This document shows positions 14,401-29,215 of a stretch of DNA of 64,000 bases, piece after piece. Numbering within the stretch: the stretch's first letter is position 1; every line of letters starts with the position of its first letter. The notes under the pieces are model-generated. The model was not told where the DNA came from and did no database searches. It worked only from the letters and a program-made list of their open reading frames with translations. This DNA comes from the human T2T-CHM13v2.0 reference genome, Homo sapiens, in NCBI RefSeq assembly GCF_009914755.1, contig NC_060948.1; one strand, written 5' to 3'. The position numbers and the translations under genes are program-made.

Positions 14401-15011
14401 TACAATGGAATATACTGGAATGTAATGTAATGAACTCGAATGTAATTGACTGGAATGGAATGTAAATGAATGGAATGTAATCGAATGGAAAGTAATCCAA
14501 TGGAATAGAATCTAATGCAATAAAACCGACTCAGATAGAGTAGAATGTAATGGAATGGAGTGCAGTGCAATGGAAGGGAATGGAATTGAATGCAATGGAA
14601 TGGAATGGAATGGAATGGAATGGAATGGAATGGAATGGAATGGAATGGGATGGAATGGTATGGAATGGATAGTAATGGACTGGAGTGAAATGGACTGGAA
14701 AGGAATGGACTCAAATTGAAAGGGCTCGAAAGGAATGGAGTCAAATGGAATGGTCTGGAATGGAATGAACACGAATGTAATGCAATCCAATAGAATGGAA
14801 TCGAATGGCATGGAATATAAAGAAATGGAATCGAAGAGAATGGAAACAAATGGAATGGAATTGAATGGAATGGAATTGAATGGAATGGGAACGAATGGAG
14901 TGAAATTGTATGCAGTAGAAGGGAATAGAATGGAATGCAAGCGAAAGGAAAGGAATGGATTGGAATGGAATGGAATTCATTGGAATGGAAGGGAATGTAG
15001 TGTAATGGACA
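11448..15011 (+). repeat. DYZ1 unit U4, 3564 bp
   Basis: GGCC at 11448 and 15012. First ~2.6 kb is a near-copy of U6. Confidence 0.92.
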
Positions 15012-18000
15012 GGCCTGGAATAAAGTGGAATGCTACGGTCTCGAATGGAATAAAAATGTATGGAATGGAATGCAATGAAACGGAATCGAATGTCATAGAA
15101 TGTAATGGAATGCAAAAAAATGGAATCCAAAATCATTGACTGGAAAGGCTGGGTGTCGAAAGGAATTGACTCCAATGGAATGGAATCGAATGGAATGGAA
15201 GTGAATAGAATCGAACTAAATCGAATGGAATGGAATTGATAGGAACGGAATGGAAAGGAATGCAATGATTTGGCATGGAATGGAATCGAATGGCATCGAA
15301 TGGAATGGAATGGAATGCAATGGAATGGAATGTATTAGAATGTAATGAACTTTAATGGAATGTACTCGAATGGATTCGACTGGAATGGAATGTTCTGGAA
15401 GTGAATGGACTCCAATGGAATGGATTCCAAAGGAATGGAATCGTACGGAATGGAATCTAATGGAATGGAATTAAATGGAAATGAATCAAATTGAATAGCA
15501 CGGAATTGAATTGAATGGAATGGAATGCAATGGAATCTAATGAAACGGAAAGGAAACGAATGGAATGGAATGGAATGGACTGGAATGGAAAGGAATCGAA
15601 ACGAATGGAATGGAATCGAACTGAAGAGACTGGAATGGAATGCACTGGAATGGAAGGGAGTGTAATGGAAGGTTCTCGAAAAAAATGGAATCGAATGGAA
15701 TGGAATTGAATGGAACGGAATAGAGTCGAATGGAATTGAATGGAATGGAATGGACTAGAGTGAAATGGAATCGAACCACAAGGAATGGACATGAATAGAA
15801 TGGTCTCGAATTGAATGGAATCGTATGGAATGGCATCAAACGGAATGGAATGGACAGCCACGGAATGGAATGCACTCGAATGCAATGGATTCGAAACTAA
15901 TGGACTGGAATAGAATGGACTCGACTGGTACGGACTCCAATGGAATGGAATAGAATGGAAGGGAATCGAACGGAATGGACTCGAAGGGAAATGACTGCAA
16001 TGGAAAGGTCTCGAATGGAATGGAAATTAATGGAATGGAATGGAATCGAATGAAATGGAGTCAAAAGGAATGGAATCGAATGGCAAGAAATCGAATGTAA
16101 TGGAATCACAAGGAATTGATGTGAACGGAACGGAATGGAATGGAATCCAAAGGAATGGAATAGAATGGAATGGAATCGAATGGAAAGGACTCGAATGGAA
16201 ATCACTCGAATCGAATGCAATTTAATAAAATAGGATCAAATGTAATGGAATGGAATGGAAAGGAATCGAAACGAAAGGAATGGAGACAGATGGAATGGAA
16301 TGGAACAGAGAGCAATGGTATAGAATGGAATGGAATCATCTGGAATGGAATTGAATGGAATGGAATAATATGAAATGGAATGGAATGGAATGGAATGGAA
16401 TGCCCTTGAATTAAATGGACTGGAATGGAATGGACTCGAACAGAGTGGAATGGAAAGTGTTGAGATAGAATGGAATGGACTCCTTTGGAATGGTCTAGTA
16501 TGCAATGCAATCGACTGGCAGGGAATCAAAAGGAATGTAATCGAATGGATTGGACTGGAATGCAATGGACTCGAATAGATTGCAAACGGAATGCAAAGGA
16601 ATGGAATGGAATATTATGGAATGGAATGGAAAGGAATGGAGTGGAATAGACTAGAGTGGAATGGAATGGACTGGAAAGAAATGGACTGGAATGGAACTTT
16701 CTTGAATGGACTGGAATCAAACGGAATGGAATGCAATGCAATCAAATGGCATGGAATAAAATAGAATGAAAGAGAATCAAATGGAATTGAATCGAATGGA
16801 ATCGAATGGATTGGAAAGGAATAGAATGGAATGGAATGGAATTGACTCAAATGGAATGGACTAGAATGGAATGGATTCGAATGGAAGGCAAAGGAATGGA
16901 ATCTATTGGAATGGACTGTAATGGAATGGAATGGAAGGGATTGGAATGGACTCGAATGGAATGGACTGCAATAGAAAGGAATCGAATGGAATGAAAAAGA
17001 ATTGAATGGAATAAAACAGAATGGAATGAAATCGAATGAAATGGAAAAGAATAGAAAGGAATGGAATGAAATGGAATGGAAAGGATTCGAATGGAATGCA
17101 ATCGAATGGAATGGAATCGAACGGAATGGAATAAAATGGAAGAAAACTGGCAAGAAATGGAATCGAAATGAATGGAGTGTTATGGAACGGACTCAAAAGG
17201 AATTGAATGTAATAGAATGGAGTGGAGTGGACTGGAATATAATGGACTGGAATGGAATGAAATCACATGGAATGGGAACGAATGGAAAGGAATGGAATCG
17301 AATGGAAAGGAATCGAATGGAAGGGAATGAAATTGAATCAACAGGAATGGAAGGGAATAGAATAGACGGTAATGGAATGGACTCGAATAGAATGGACACG
17401 AATGCTCAAATTGAATGGACTCGAATGGAATGGAAACGAAAGGAATGTCATCGAATGGAATTGAATCGATTGGAATGAAATCGCATAGAATGGAGTGGAA
17501 TCAAATGGAATTGAATCGAAAGGAAAGGAAGCGAATGGACTGAAATGAAATGGAATGGAATTGAATGGAAAGTAATGCAATGGAATAGAATGGAACGAAA
17601 TTTCACGGAATGGAATCAAACTGAATGGAATCAAATCAATGGAATATAATCAAATGGAATGGAAAGGAATTGAATGGAGTAGATTGGATTGGATGGGATT
17701 GGAATGAAATGTACTGGAAAGGACTCGAATTTCATGAAACGGAATGGAATGAATTGGAACGGAATGGACTCGAATGGAATGGAATGTCATGGAATGGCAT
17801 CAAATGCAATGGCATCAAATGGAATGGAATCGAATGCAATGGAATGCTATGGAATGGAATGGAATGCATTGGAATGGAATGTCCTCTAATGGAATGGATT
17901 CGAGTGGAATGGAATCGAATATAATGGAGTCGAATGAAATGGAATTGAAAGGAATGGGATCGAATACAATGGAATATACTGGAATGTAATGTAATGAACT

Positions 18001-18550
18001 CGAATGTAATTGACTGGAATGGAATGTACATGAATGGAATGTAATCGAATGGAAAGTAATCCAATGGAATAGAATCTAATGCAATAAAATCGACTCAGAT
18101 AGAGTAGCATGTAATGGAATGGAGTGCAGTGCAATGGAATGGAATGGAATGGAATGCAATGGAATGGAATGGAATGGAATGTGATGGGATGGAATGGTAT
18201 GGAATGGATAGTAATGGACTGGAGTGAAATGGACTGGAAAGGAATGGACTCAAATTGAAAGGGCTCGAAAGGAATGGAGTCAAATGGAATGGTCTGGAAT
18301 GGAATGAACACGAATGTAATGCAATCCAATAGAATGGAATCGAATGGCATGGAATATAAAGAAATGGAATCGAAGAGAATGGAAACAAATGGAATGGAAT
18401 TGAATGGAATGGAATTGAATGGAATGGGAACGAATGGAGTGAAATTGTATGCAGTAGAAGAGAATAGAATGGAATGCAAGCGAAAGGAAAGGAATGGATT
18501 GGAATGGAATGGAATTCATTGGAATGGAAGGGAATGTAGTGTAATGGACA
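15012..18550 (+). repeat. DYZ1 unit U5, 3539 bp
   Basis: GGCC at 15012 and 18551. Confidence 0.92.
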
Positions 18551-21500
18551 GGCCTGGAATAAAGTGGAATGCTACGGTCTCGAATGGAATAAAAATGTAT
18601 GGAATGGAATGCAATGAAACGGAATCGAATGTCATAGAATGTAATGGAATGCAAAAAAATGGAATCCAAAATCATTGACTGGAAAGGCTGGGTGTCGAAA
18701 GGAATTGACTCCAATGGAATGGAATCGAATGGAATGGAAGTGAATAGAATCGAACTAAATCGAATGGAATGGAATTGATAGGAACGGAATGGAAAAGAAT
18801 GCAATGATTTGGCATGGAATGGAATCGAATGGCATCGAATGGAATGGAATGGAATGCAATGGAATGGAATGTATTAGAATGTAATGAACTTTAATGGAAT
18901 GTACTCGAATGGATTCGACTGGAATGGAATGTTCTGGAAGTGAATGGACTCCAATGGAATGGATTCAAAAGGAATGGAATCGTACGGAATGGAAACTAAT
19001 GGAATGGAATTAAATGGAAATGAATCAAATTGAATAGCACGGAATTGAATTGAATGGAATCGAATGCAATGCAATCTAATGAAACGGAAAGGAAAGGAAT
19101 GGAATGGAATGGAATGGGCTGGAATGGAAAGGAATCGAAACGAATGGAATGGAATCGAACTGAAGAGACTGGAATGGAATGCACTGGAATGGAAGGGAGT
19201 GTAATGGAAGGTTCTCGAAAAAAATGGAATCGAATGGAATGGAATTGAATGGAACGGAATAGAGTCGAATGGAATTGAATGGAATGGAATGGACTAGAGT
19301 GAAATGGAATTGAACCACAAGGAATGGACAGGAATAGAATGGTCTCGAATTGAATGGAATCGTATGGAATGGCATCAAACGGAATGGAATGGACAGCCAC
19401 GGAATGGAATGCACTCGAATGCAATGGAGTCGAAACTAAAGGACTGGAATAGAATGGACTCGACTGGTACGGACTCCAATGGAATGGAATCGAATGGAAG
19501 GGAATCGATCGGAATGGACTCGAAGGGAAAAGACTGCAATGGAAAGGTCTCGAATGGAATGGAAATTAATGGAATGGAATGGAATCGAATGAAATGGAGT
19601 CAAAAGGAATGGAATCGAATGGCAAGAAATCGAATGTAATGGAATCGCAAGGAATTGATGTGAACGGAACGGAAAGGAATGGAATCCAAAGGAATGGAAT
19701 AGAATGGAATGGAATCGAATGGAAAGGACTCGAATGGAAATCACTCGAATAGAATGCAATTTAATAAAATAGGATCAAATGTAATGGAATGGAATGGAAA
19801 GGAATCGAAACGAAAGGAATGGAGACAGATGGAATGGAATGGAACAGAGAGCAATGGTATAGAATGGAATGGAATCATCTGGAATGGAATTGAATGGAAT
19901 GGAATAATATGAAATGGAATGGAATGGAATGGAATGGAATGCCCTTGAATTAAATGGACTGGAATGGAATGGACTCGAACAGAGTGGAATGGAAAGTGTT
20001 GAGATAGAATGGAATGGACTCCTTTGGAATGGTCTAGTATGCAATGCAATCGACTGGCAGGGAATCAAAAGGAATGTAATCGAATGGATTGGACTGGAAT
20101 GCAATGGACTCGAATAGATTGCAAACGGAATGCAAAGGAATGGAATGGAATATTATGGAATGGAATGGAAAGGAATGGAGTGGAATAGACTAGAGTGGAA
20201 TGGAATGGACTGGAAAGAAATGGACTGGAATGGAACTTTCTTGAATGGACTGGAATCAAACGGAATGGAATGCAATGCAATCAAATGGCATGGAATAAAA
20301 TAGAATGAAAGAGAATCAAATGGAATTGAATCGAATGGAATCGAATGGATTGGAAAGGAATAGAATGGAATGGAATGGAATTGACTCAAATGGAATGGAC
20401 TAGAATGGAATGGATTCGAATGGAAGGCAAAGGAATGGAATCTATTGGAATGGACTGTAATGGAATGGAATGGAAGGGATTGGAATGGACTCGAATGGAA
20501 TGGACTGCAATAGAAAGGAATCGAATGGAATGAAAAAGAATTGAATGGAATAAAACAGAATGGAATGAAATCGAATGAAATGGAAAAGAATAGAAAGGAA
20601 TGGAATGAAATGGAATGGAAAGGATTCGAATGGAATGCAATCGAATGGAATGGAATCGAACGGAATGGAATAAAATGGAAGAAAACTGGCAAGAAATGGA
20701 ATCGAAATGAATGGACTGTTATGGAACGGACTCAAAAGGAATTGAATGTAATAGAATGGAGTGGAGTGGACTCGAATATAATGGACTGGAATGGAATGAA
20801 ATCACATGGAATGGGAACGAATGGAAAGGAATGGAATCGAATGGAAAGGAATCGAATGGAAGGGAATGAAATTGAATCAACAGGAATGGAAGGGAATAGA
20901 ATAGACGGTAATGGAATGGACTCGAATAGAATGGACACGAATGCTCAAATTGAATGGACTCGAATGGAATGGAAACGAAAGGAATGTCATCGAATGGAAT
21001 TGAATCGATTGGAATGAAATCGCATAGAATGGAGTGGAATCAAATGGAATTGAATCGAAAGGAAAGGAAGCGAATGGACTGAAATGAAATGGAATGGAAT
21101 TGAATGGAAAGTAATGCAATGGAATAGAATGGAACGAAATTTCACGGAATGGAATCAAACTGAATGGAATCAAATCAATGGAATATAATCAAATGGAATG
21201 GAAAGGAATTGAATGGAGTAGATTGGATTGGATGGGATTGGAATGAAATGTACTGGAAAGGACTCGAATTTCATGAAACGGAATGGAATGAATTGGAACG
21301 GAATGGACTCGAATGGAATGGAATGTCATGGAATGGCATCAAATGCAATGGCATCAAATGGAATGGAATCGAATGCAATGGAATGCTATGGAATGGAATG
21401 GAATGCATTGGAATGGAATGTCCTCTAATGGAATGGATTCGAGTGGAATGGAATCGAATATAATGGAGTCGAATGAAATGGAATTGAAAGGAATGGGATC

Positions 21501-22089
21501 GAATACAATGGAATATACTGGAATGTAATGTAATGAACTCGAATGTAATTGACTGGAATGGAATGTACATGAATGGAATGTAATCGAATGGAAAGTAATC
21601 CAATGGAATAGAATCTAATGCAATAAAATCGACTCAGATAGAGTAGCATGTAATGGAATGGAGTGCAGTGCAATGGAATGGAATGGAATGGAATGCAATG
21701 GAATGGAATGGAATGGAATGTGATGGGATGGAATGGTATGGAATGGATAGTAATGGACTGGAGTGAAATGGACTGGAAACGAATGGACTCAAATTGAAAG
21801 GGCTCGAAAGGAATGGAGTCAAATGGAATGGTCTGGAATGGAATGAACACGAATGTAATGCAATCCAATAGAATGGAATCGAATGGCATGGAATATAAAG
21901 AAATGGAATCGAAGAGAATGGAAACAAATGGAATGGAATTGAATGGAATGGAATTGAATGGAATGGGAACGAATGGAGTGAAATTGTATGCAGTAGAAGA
22001 GAATAGAATGGAATGCAAGCGAAAGGAAAGGAATGGATTGGAATGGAATGGAATTCATTGGAATGGAAGGGAATGTAGTGTAATGGACA
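18551..22089 (+). repeat. DYZ1 unit U6, 3539 bp
   Basis: GGCC at 18551 and 22090. Confidence 0.92.
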
Positions 22090-25000
22090 GGCCTGGAATA
22101 AAGTGGAATGCTACGGTCTCGAATGGAATAAAAATGTATGGAATGGAATTCAATGAAACGGAATCGAATGTCATAGAATGTAATGGAATGCAAAAAAATG
22201 GAATCCAAAATCATTGACTGGAAAGGCTGGGTGTCGAAAGGAATTGACTCCAATGGAATGGAATCGAATGGAATGGAAGTGAATAGAATCGAACTAAATC
22301 GAATGGAATGGAATTGATAGGAACGGAATGGAAAAGAATGCAATGATTTGGCATGGAATGGAATCGAATGGCATCGAATGGAATGGAATGGAATGCAATG
22401 GAATGGAATGTATTAGAATGTAATGAACTTTAATGGAATGTACTCGAATGGATTCGACTGGAATGGAATGTTCTGGAAGTGAATGGACTCCAATGGAATG
22501 GATTCAAAAGGAATGGAATCGTACGGAATGGAAACTAATGGAATGGAATTAAATGGAAATGAATCAAATTGAATAGCACGGAATTGAATTGAATGGAATC
22601 GAATGCAATGCAATCTAATGAAACGGAAAGGAAAGGAATGGAATGGAATGGAATGGGCTGGAATGGAAAGGAATCGAAACGAATGGAATGGAATCGAACT
22701 GAAGAGACTGGAATGGAATGCACTGGAATGGAAGGGAGTGTAATGGAAGGTTCTCGAAAAAAATGGAATCGAATGGAATGGAATTGAATGGAACGGAATA
22801 GAGTCGAATGGAATTGAATGGAATGGAATGGACTAGAGTGAAATGGAATTGAACCACAAGGAATGGACAGGAATAGAATGGTCTCGAATTGAATGGAATC
22901 GTATGGAATGGCATCAAACGGAATGGAATGGACAGCCACGGAATGGAATGCACTCGAATGCAATGGAGTCGAAACTAAAGGACTGGAATAGAATGGACTC
23001 GACTGGTACGGACTCCAATGGAATGGAATCGAATGGAAGGGAATCGATCGGAATGGACTCGAAGGGAAAAGACTGCAATGGAAAGGTCTCGAATGGAATG
23101 GAAATTAATGGAATGGAATGGAATCGAATGAAATGGAGTCAAAAGGAATGGAATCGAATGGCAAGAAATCGAATGTAATGGAATCGCAAGGAATTGATGT
23201 GAACGGAACGGAAAGGAATGGAATCCAAAGGAATGGAATAGAATGGAATGGAATCGAATGGAAAGGACTCGAATGGAAATCACTCGAATAGAATGCAATT
23301 TAATAAAATAGGATCAAATGTAATGGAATGGAATGGAAAGGAATCGAAACGAAAGGAATGGAGACAGATGGAATGGAATGGAACAGAGAGCAATGGTATA
23401 GAATGGAATGGAATCATCTGGAATGGAATTGAATGGAATGGAATAATATGAAATGGAATGGAATGGAATGGAATGGAATGCCCTTGAATTAAATGGACTG
23501 GAATGGAATGGACTCGAACAGAGTGGAATGGAAAGTGTTGAAATAGAATGGAATGGACTCGTTTGGAATGGTCTAGTATGCAATGCAATCGACTGGCAGG
23601 GAATCAAAAGGAATGTAATCGAATGGATTGGACTGGAATGCAATGGACTCGAATAGATTGGAAACGGAATACAAAGGAATGGAATGGAATAGTATCGAAT
23701 GGAATGGAAAGGAATGGAGTGGAATAGACTAGAGTGGAATGGAATGGACTGGAAAGCAATGGACTGGAATGGAACTTTCTTGAATGGACTGGAATCAAAC
23801 GGAATGGAATGCAATGCAATCAAATGGCATGGAATAAAATAGAATGAAAGAGAATCAAATGGAATTGAATCGAATGGAATCGAATGGATTGGAAAGGAAT
23901 AGAATGGAATGGAATGGAATTGACTCAAATGGAATGGACTAGAATGGAATGGATTAGAATGGAAGGCAAAGGAATGGAATCTACTGGAATGGACTGTAAT
24001 GGAATGGAATGGAAGGGATTGGAATGGACTCGAATGGAATGGACTGCAATAGAAAGGATTCGAATGGAATGAAAAAGAATTGAATGGAATAGAACAGAAT
24101 GGAATCAAATCGAATGAAATGGAATGGAATAGAAAGGAATGGAATGAAATGGAATGGAAAGGATTCGAATGGAATGCAATCGAATGGAATGGAATCGAAC
24201 GGAATGGAATAAAATGGAAGAAAACTGGCAAGAAATGGAATCGAAATGAATGGAGTGTTATGGAACGGACTCAAAAGGAATTGAATGTAATAGAATGGAG
24301 TGGAGTGGACTCGAATATAATGGACTGGAATGGAATGAAATCACATGGAATGGGAACGAATGGAATGGAATGGAAAGGAATGGAATCGAATGGAAAGGAA
24401 TCGAATGGAAGGGAATGAAATTGAATCAACAGGAATGGAAGGGAATAGAATAGACGGTAATGGAATGGACTCGAATAGAATGGACACGAATGCTCAAATT
24501 GAATGGACTCGAATGGAATGGAAACGAAAGGAATGTCATCGAATGGAATTGAATCGATTGGAATGAAATCGCATAGAATGGAGTGGAATCAAATGGAATT
24601 GAATCGAAAGGAAAGGAAGCGAATGGACTGAAATGAAATGGAATGGAATTGAATGGAAAGTAATGCAATGGAATAGAATGGAACGAAATTTCACGGAATG
24701 GGATCAAACTGAATGGAATCAAATCAATGGAATCAAATCAAATGGAATGGAAAGGAATTGAATGGAGTAGATTGGATTGGATGGGATTGGAATGAAATGT
24801 ACTGGAAAGGACTCGAATTTCATGAAACGGAATGGAATGAATTGGAACGGAATGGACTCGAATGGAATGGAATGTCATGGAATGGCATCAAATGGAATGG
24901 CATCAAATGGAATGGAATCGAATGCAATGGAATGCTATGGAATGGAATGGAATGCATTGGAATGGAATGTCCTCTAATGGAATGGATTCGAGTGGAATGG

Positions 25001-25648
25001 AATCGAATATAATGGAGTCGAATGAAATGGAATTGAAAGGAATGGGATCGAATACAATGGAATATACTGGAATGTAATGTAATGAACTCGAATGTAATTG
25101 ACTGGAATGGAATGTACATGAATGGAATGTAATCGAACGGAAAGTAACCCAATGGAATAGAATCTAATGCAATAAAATCGACTCAGATAGCGTAGAATGT
25201 AATGGAATGGAGTGCAGTGCAATGGAATGGAATGGAATGGAATGCAATTGAATGGAAAGGAATGGAATGGAATGGAATGGAATGGGATGGAATGGTATGG
25301 AATGGATAGTAATGGACTGGAGTGAAATGGACTGGAAAGGAATGGACTCAAATTGAAAGGGCTCGAAAGGAATGGAGTCAAATGGAATGGTCTGGAATGG
25401 AATGAACACGAATGTAATGCAATCCAATAGAATGGAATCGAATGGCATGGAATATAAAGAAATGGAATCGGAGAGAATGGAAACAAATGGAATGGAATTG
25501 AATGGAATGGAATTGAATGGAATGGGAACGAATGGAGTGAAATTGTATGCAGTAGAAGGGAATAGAATGGAATGCAAGCGAAAGGAAAGGAATGGATTGG
25601 AATGGAATGGAATTCATTGGAATGGAAGGGAATGTAGTGTAATGGACA
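22090..25648 (+). repeat. DYZ1 unit U7, 3559 bp (recombinant: U6-like 5' part, different 3' part)
   Basis: GGCC at 22090 and 25649. Extra EcoRI site at 22146-22151. Confidence 0.92.
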
Positions 25649-28600
25649 GGCCTGGAATAAAGTGGAATGCTACGGTCTCGAATGGAATAAAAATGTATGG
25701 AATGGAATGCAATGAAATGGAATCGAATGTCATAGAATGTAATGGAATGCAAAAAAATGGAATCCAAAATCATTGACTGGAAAGGCTGGGTGTCGAAAGG
25801 AATTGACTCCAATGGAATGGAATCGAATGGAATGGAAGTGAATAGAATCGAACTAAATCGAATGGAATGGAATTGATAGGAACGGAATGGAAAGGAATGC
25901 AATGATTTGGCATGGAATGGAATCGAATGGCATCGAATGGAATGGAATGGAATGCAATGGAATGGAATGTATTAGAATGTAATGAACTTTAATGGAATGT
26001 ACTCGAATGGATTCGACTGGAATGGAATGTTCTGGAAGTGAATGGACTCCAATGGAATGGATTCAAAAGGAATGCAATCGCACGGAATGGAATCTAATGG
26101 AATGGAATTAAATGGAAATGAATCAAATTGAATAGCACGGAATTGAATTGAATGGAATGGAATGCAATGGAATCTAATGAAACGGAAAGGAAAGGAATGG
26201 AATGGAATGGAATGGGCTGGAATGGAAAGGAATCGAAACGAATGGAATGGAATCGAACTGAAGAGACTGGAATGGAATGCACTGGAATGGAAGGGAGTGT
26301 AACGGAAGGTTCTCGAAAAAATGGAATCGAATGGAATGGAATTGAATGGAACGGAATAGAGTCGAATGGAATTGAATGGAATGGAATGGACTAGAGTGAA
26401 ATGGAATCGAACCACAAGGAATGGACAGGAATAGAATGGTCTCGAATTGAATGGAATCGTATGGAATGGCATCAAACGGAATGGAATGGACAGCCACGGA
26501 ATGGAATGCACTCGAATGCAATGGAGTCGAAACTAATGGACTGGAATAGAATGGACTCGACTGGTACGGACTCCAATGGAATGGAATCGAATGGAAGGGA
26601 ATCGAACGGAATGGACTCGAAGGGAAAAGACTGCAATGGAAAGGTCTCGAATGGAATGGAAATTAATGGAATGGAATGGAATCGAATGAAATGGAGTCAA
26701 AAGGAATGGAATCGAATGGCAAGAAATCGAATGTAATGGAATCGCAAGGAATTGATGTGAACGGAACGGAATGGAATGGAATCCAAAGGAATGGAATAGA
26801 ATGGAATGGAATCGAATGGAAAGGACTCGAATGGAAATCACTCGAATAGAATGCAATTTAATAAAATAGGATCAAATGTAATGGAATGGAATGGAAAGGA
26901 ATCGAAACGAAAGGAATGGAGACAGATGGAATGGAATGGAACAGAGAGCAATGGTATAGAATGGAATGGAATCATCTGGAATGGAATTGAATGGAATGGA
27001 ATAATATGAAATGGAATGGAATGGAATGGAATGGAATGCCCTTGAATTAAATGGACTGGAATGGAATGGACTCGAACAGAGTGGAATGGAAAGTGTTGAG
27101 ATAGAATGGAATGGACTCCTTTGGAATGGTGTAGTATGCAATGCAATCGACTGGCAGGGAATCAAAAGGAATGTAATCGAATGGAATGGACTGGAATGCA
27201 ATGGACTCGAATAGATTGGAAACGGAATGCAAAGGAATGGAATGGAATAGTATGGAATGGAATGGAAAGGAATGGAGTGGAATAGACTAGAGTGGAATGG
27301 AATGGACTGGAAAGCAATGGACTGGAATGGAACTTTCTTGAATGGACTGGAATCAAACGGAATGGAATGCAATACAATCAAATGGCATGGAATAAAATAG
27401 AATGAAAGAGAATCAAATGGAATTGAATCGAATGGAATCGAATGGATTGGAAAGGAATAGAATGGAATGGAATGGAATTGACTCAAATGGAATGGACTAG
27501 AATGGAATGGATTCGAATGGAAGGCAAAGGAATGGAATCTATTGGAATGGACTGTAATGGAATGGAATGGAAGGGATTGGAATGGACTCGAATGGAATGG
27601 ACTGCAATAGAAAGGATTCGAATGGAATGAAAAAAATTGAATGGAATAGAACAGAATGGAATCAAATCGAATGAAATGGAATGGAATAGAAAGGAATGGA
27701 ATGAAATGGAATGGAAAGGATTCGAATGGAATGCAATCGAATGGAATGGAATCGAACGGAATGGAATAAAATGGAAGAAAACTGGCAAGAAATGGAATCG
27801 AAATGAATGGAGTGTTACGGAACGGACTCAAAAGGAATTGAATGTAATAGAATGGAGTGGAGTGGACTCGAATATAATGGACTGGAATGGAATGAAATCA
27901 CATGGAATGGGAACGAATGGAATGGAATGGAAAGGAATGGAATCGAATGGAAAGGAATCGAATGGAAGGGAATGAAATTGAATCAACAGGAATGGAAGGG
28001 AATAGAATAGACGGTAATGGAATGGACTCGAATAGAATGGACACGAATGCTCAAATTGAATGGACTGGAATGGAATGGAAATGAAAGGAATGTCATCGAA
28101 TGGAATTGAATCGATTGGAATGAAATCGCATAGAATGGAGTGGAATCAAATGGAATTGAATCGAAAGGAAAGGAAGCGAATGGACTGAAATGAAATGGAA
28201 TGGAATTGAATGGAAAGTAATGCAATGGAATAGAATGGAACGAAATTTCACGGAATGGAATCAAACTGAATGGAATCAAATCAATGGAATCAAATCAAAT
28301 GGAATGGAAAGGAATTGAATGGAGTAGATTGGATTGGATGGGATTGGAATGAAATGTACTGGAAAGGACTCGAATTTCATGAAACGGAATGGAATGAATT
28401 GGAACGGAATGGACTCGAATGGAATGGAATGTCATGGAATGGCATCAAATGGAATGGCATCAAAGGGAATGGAATCGAATGCAATGGAATGCTATGGAAT
28501 GGAATGGAATGCATTGGAATGGAATGTCCTCTAATGGAATGGATTCGAGTGGAATGGAATCGAATATAATGGAGTCGAATGAAATGGAATTGAAAGGAAT

Positions 28601-29215
28601 GGGATCGAATACAATGGAATATACTGGAATGTAATGTAATGAACTCGAATGTAATTGACTGGAATGGAATGTACATGAATGGAATGTAATCGAATGGAAA
28701 GTAATCCAATGGAATAGAATCTAATGCAATAAAACCGACTCAGATAGAGTAGAATGTAATGGAATGGAGTGCAGTGCAATGGAAGGGAATGGAATTGAAT
28801 GCAATGGAATGGAATGGAATGGAATGGAATAGAATGGAATGGAATGCAATGGGATGGAATGGTATGGAATGGATAGTAATGGACTGGAGTGAAATGGACT
28901 GGAAAGGAATGGACTCAAATTGAAAGGGCTCGAAAGGAATGGAGTCAAATGGAATGGTCTGGAATAGAATGAACACGAAAGTAATGCAATCCAATAGAAT
29001 GGAATCGAATGGCATGGAATATAAAGAAATGGAATCGAAGAGAATGGAAACAAATGGAATGGAATTGAATGGAATGGAATTGAATGGAATGGGAACGAAT
29101 GGAGTGAAATTGTATGCAGTAGAAGGGAATAGAATGGAATGCAAGCGAAAGGAAAGGAATGGATTGGAATGGAATGGAATTCATTGGAATGGAAGGGAAT
29201 GTAGTGTAATGGACA
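25649..29215 (+). repeat. DYZ1 unit U8, 3567 bp
   Basis: GGCC at 25649 and 29216. Two 1-bp deletions in A-rich runs (26316-26321, 27630-27636). Confidence 0.92.
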
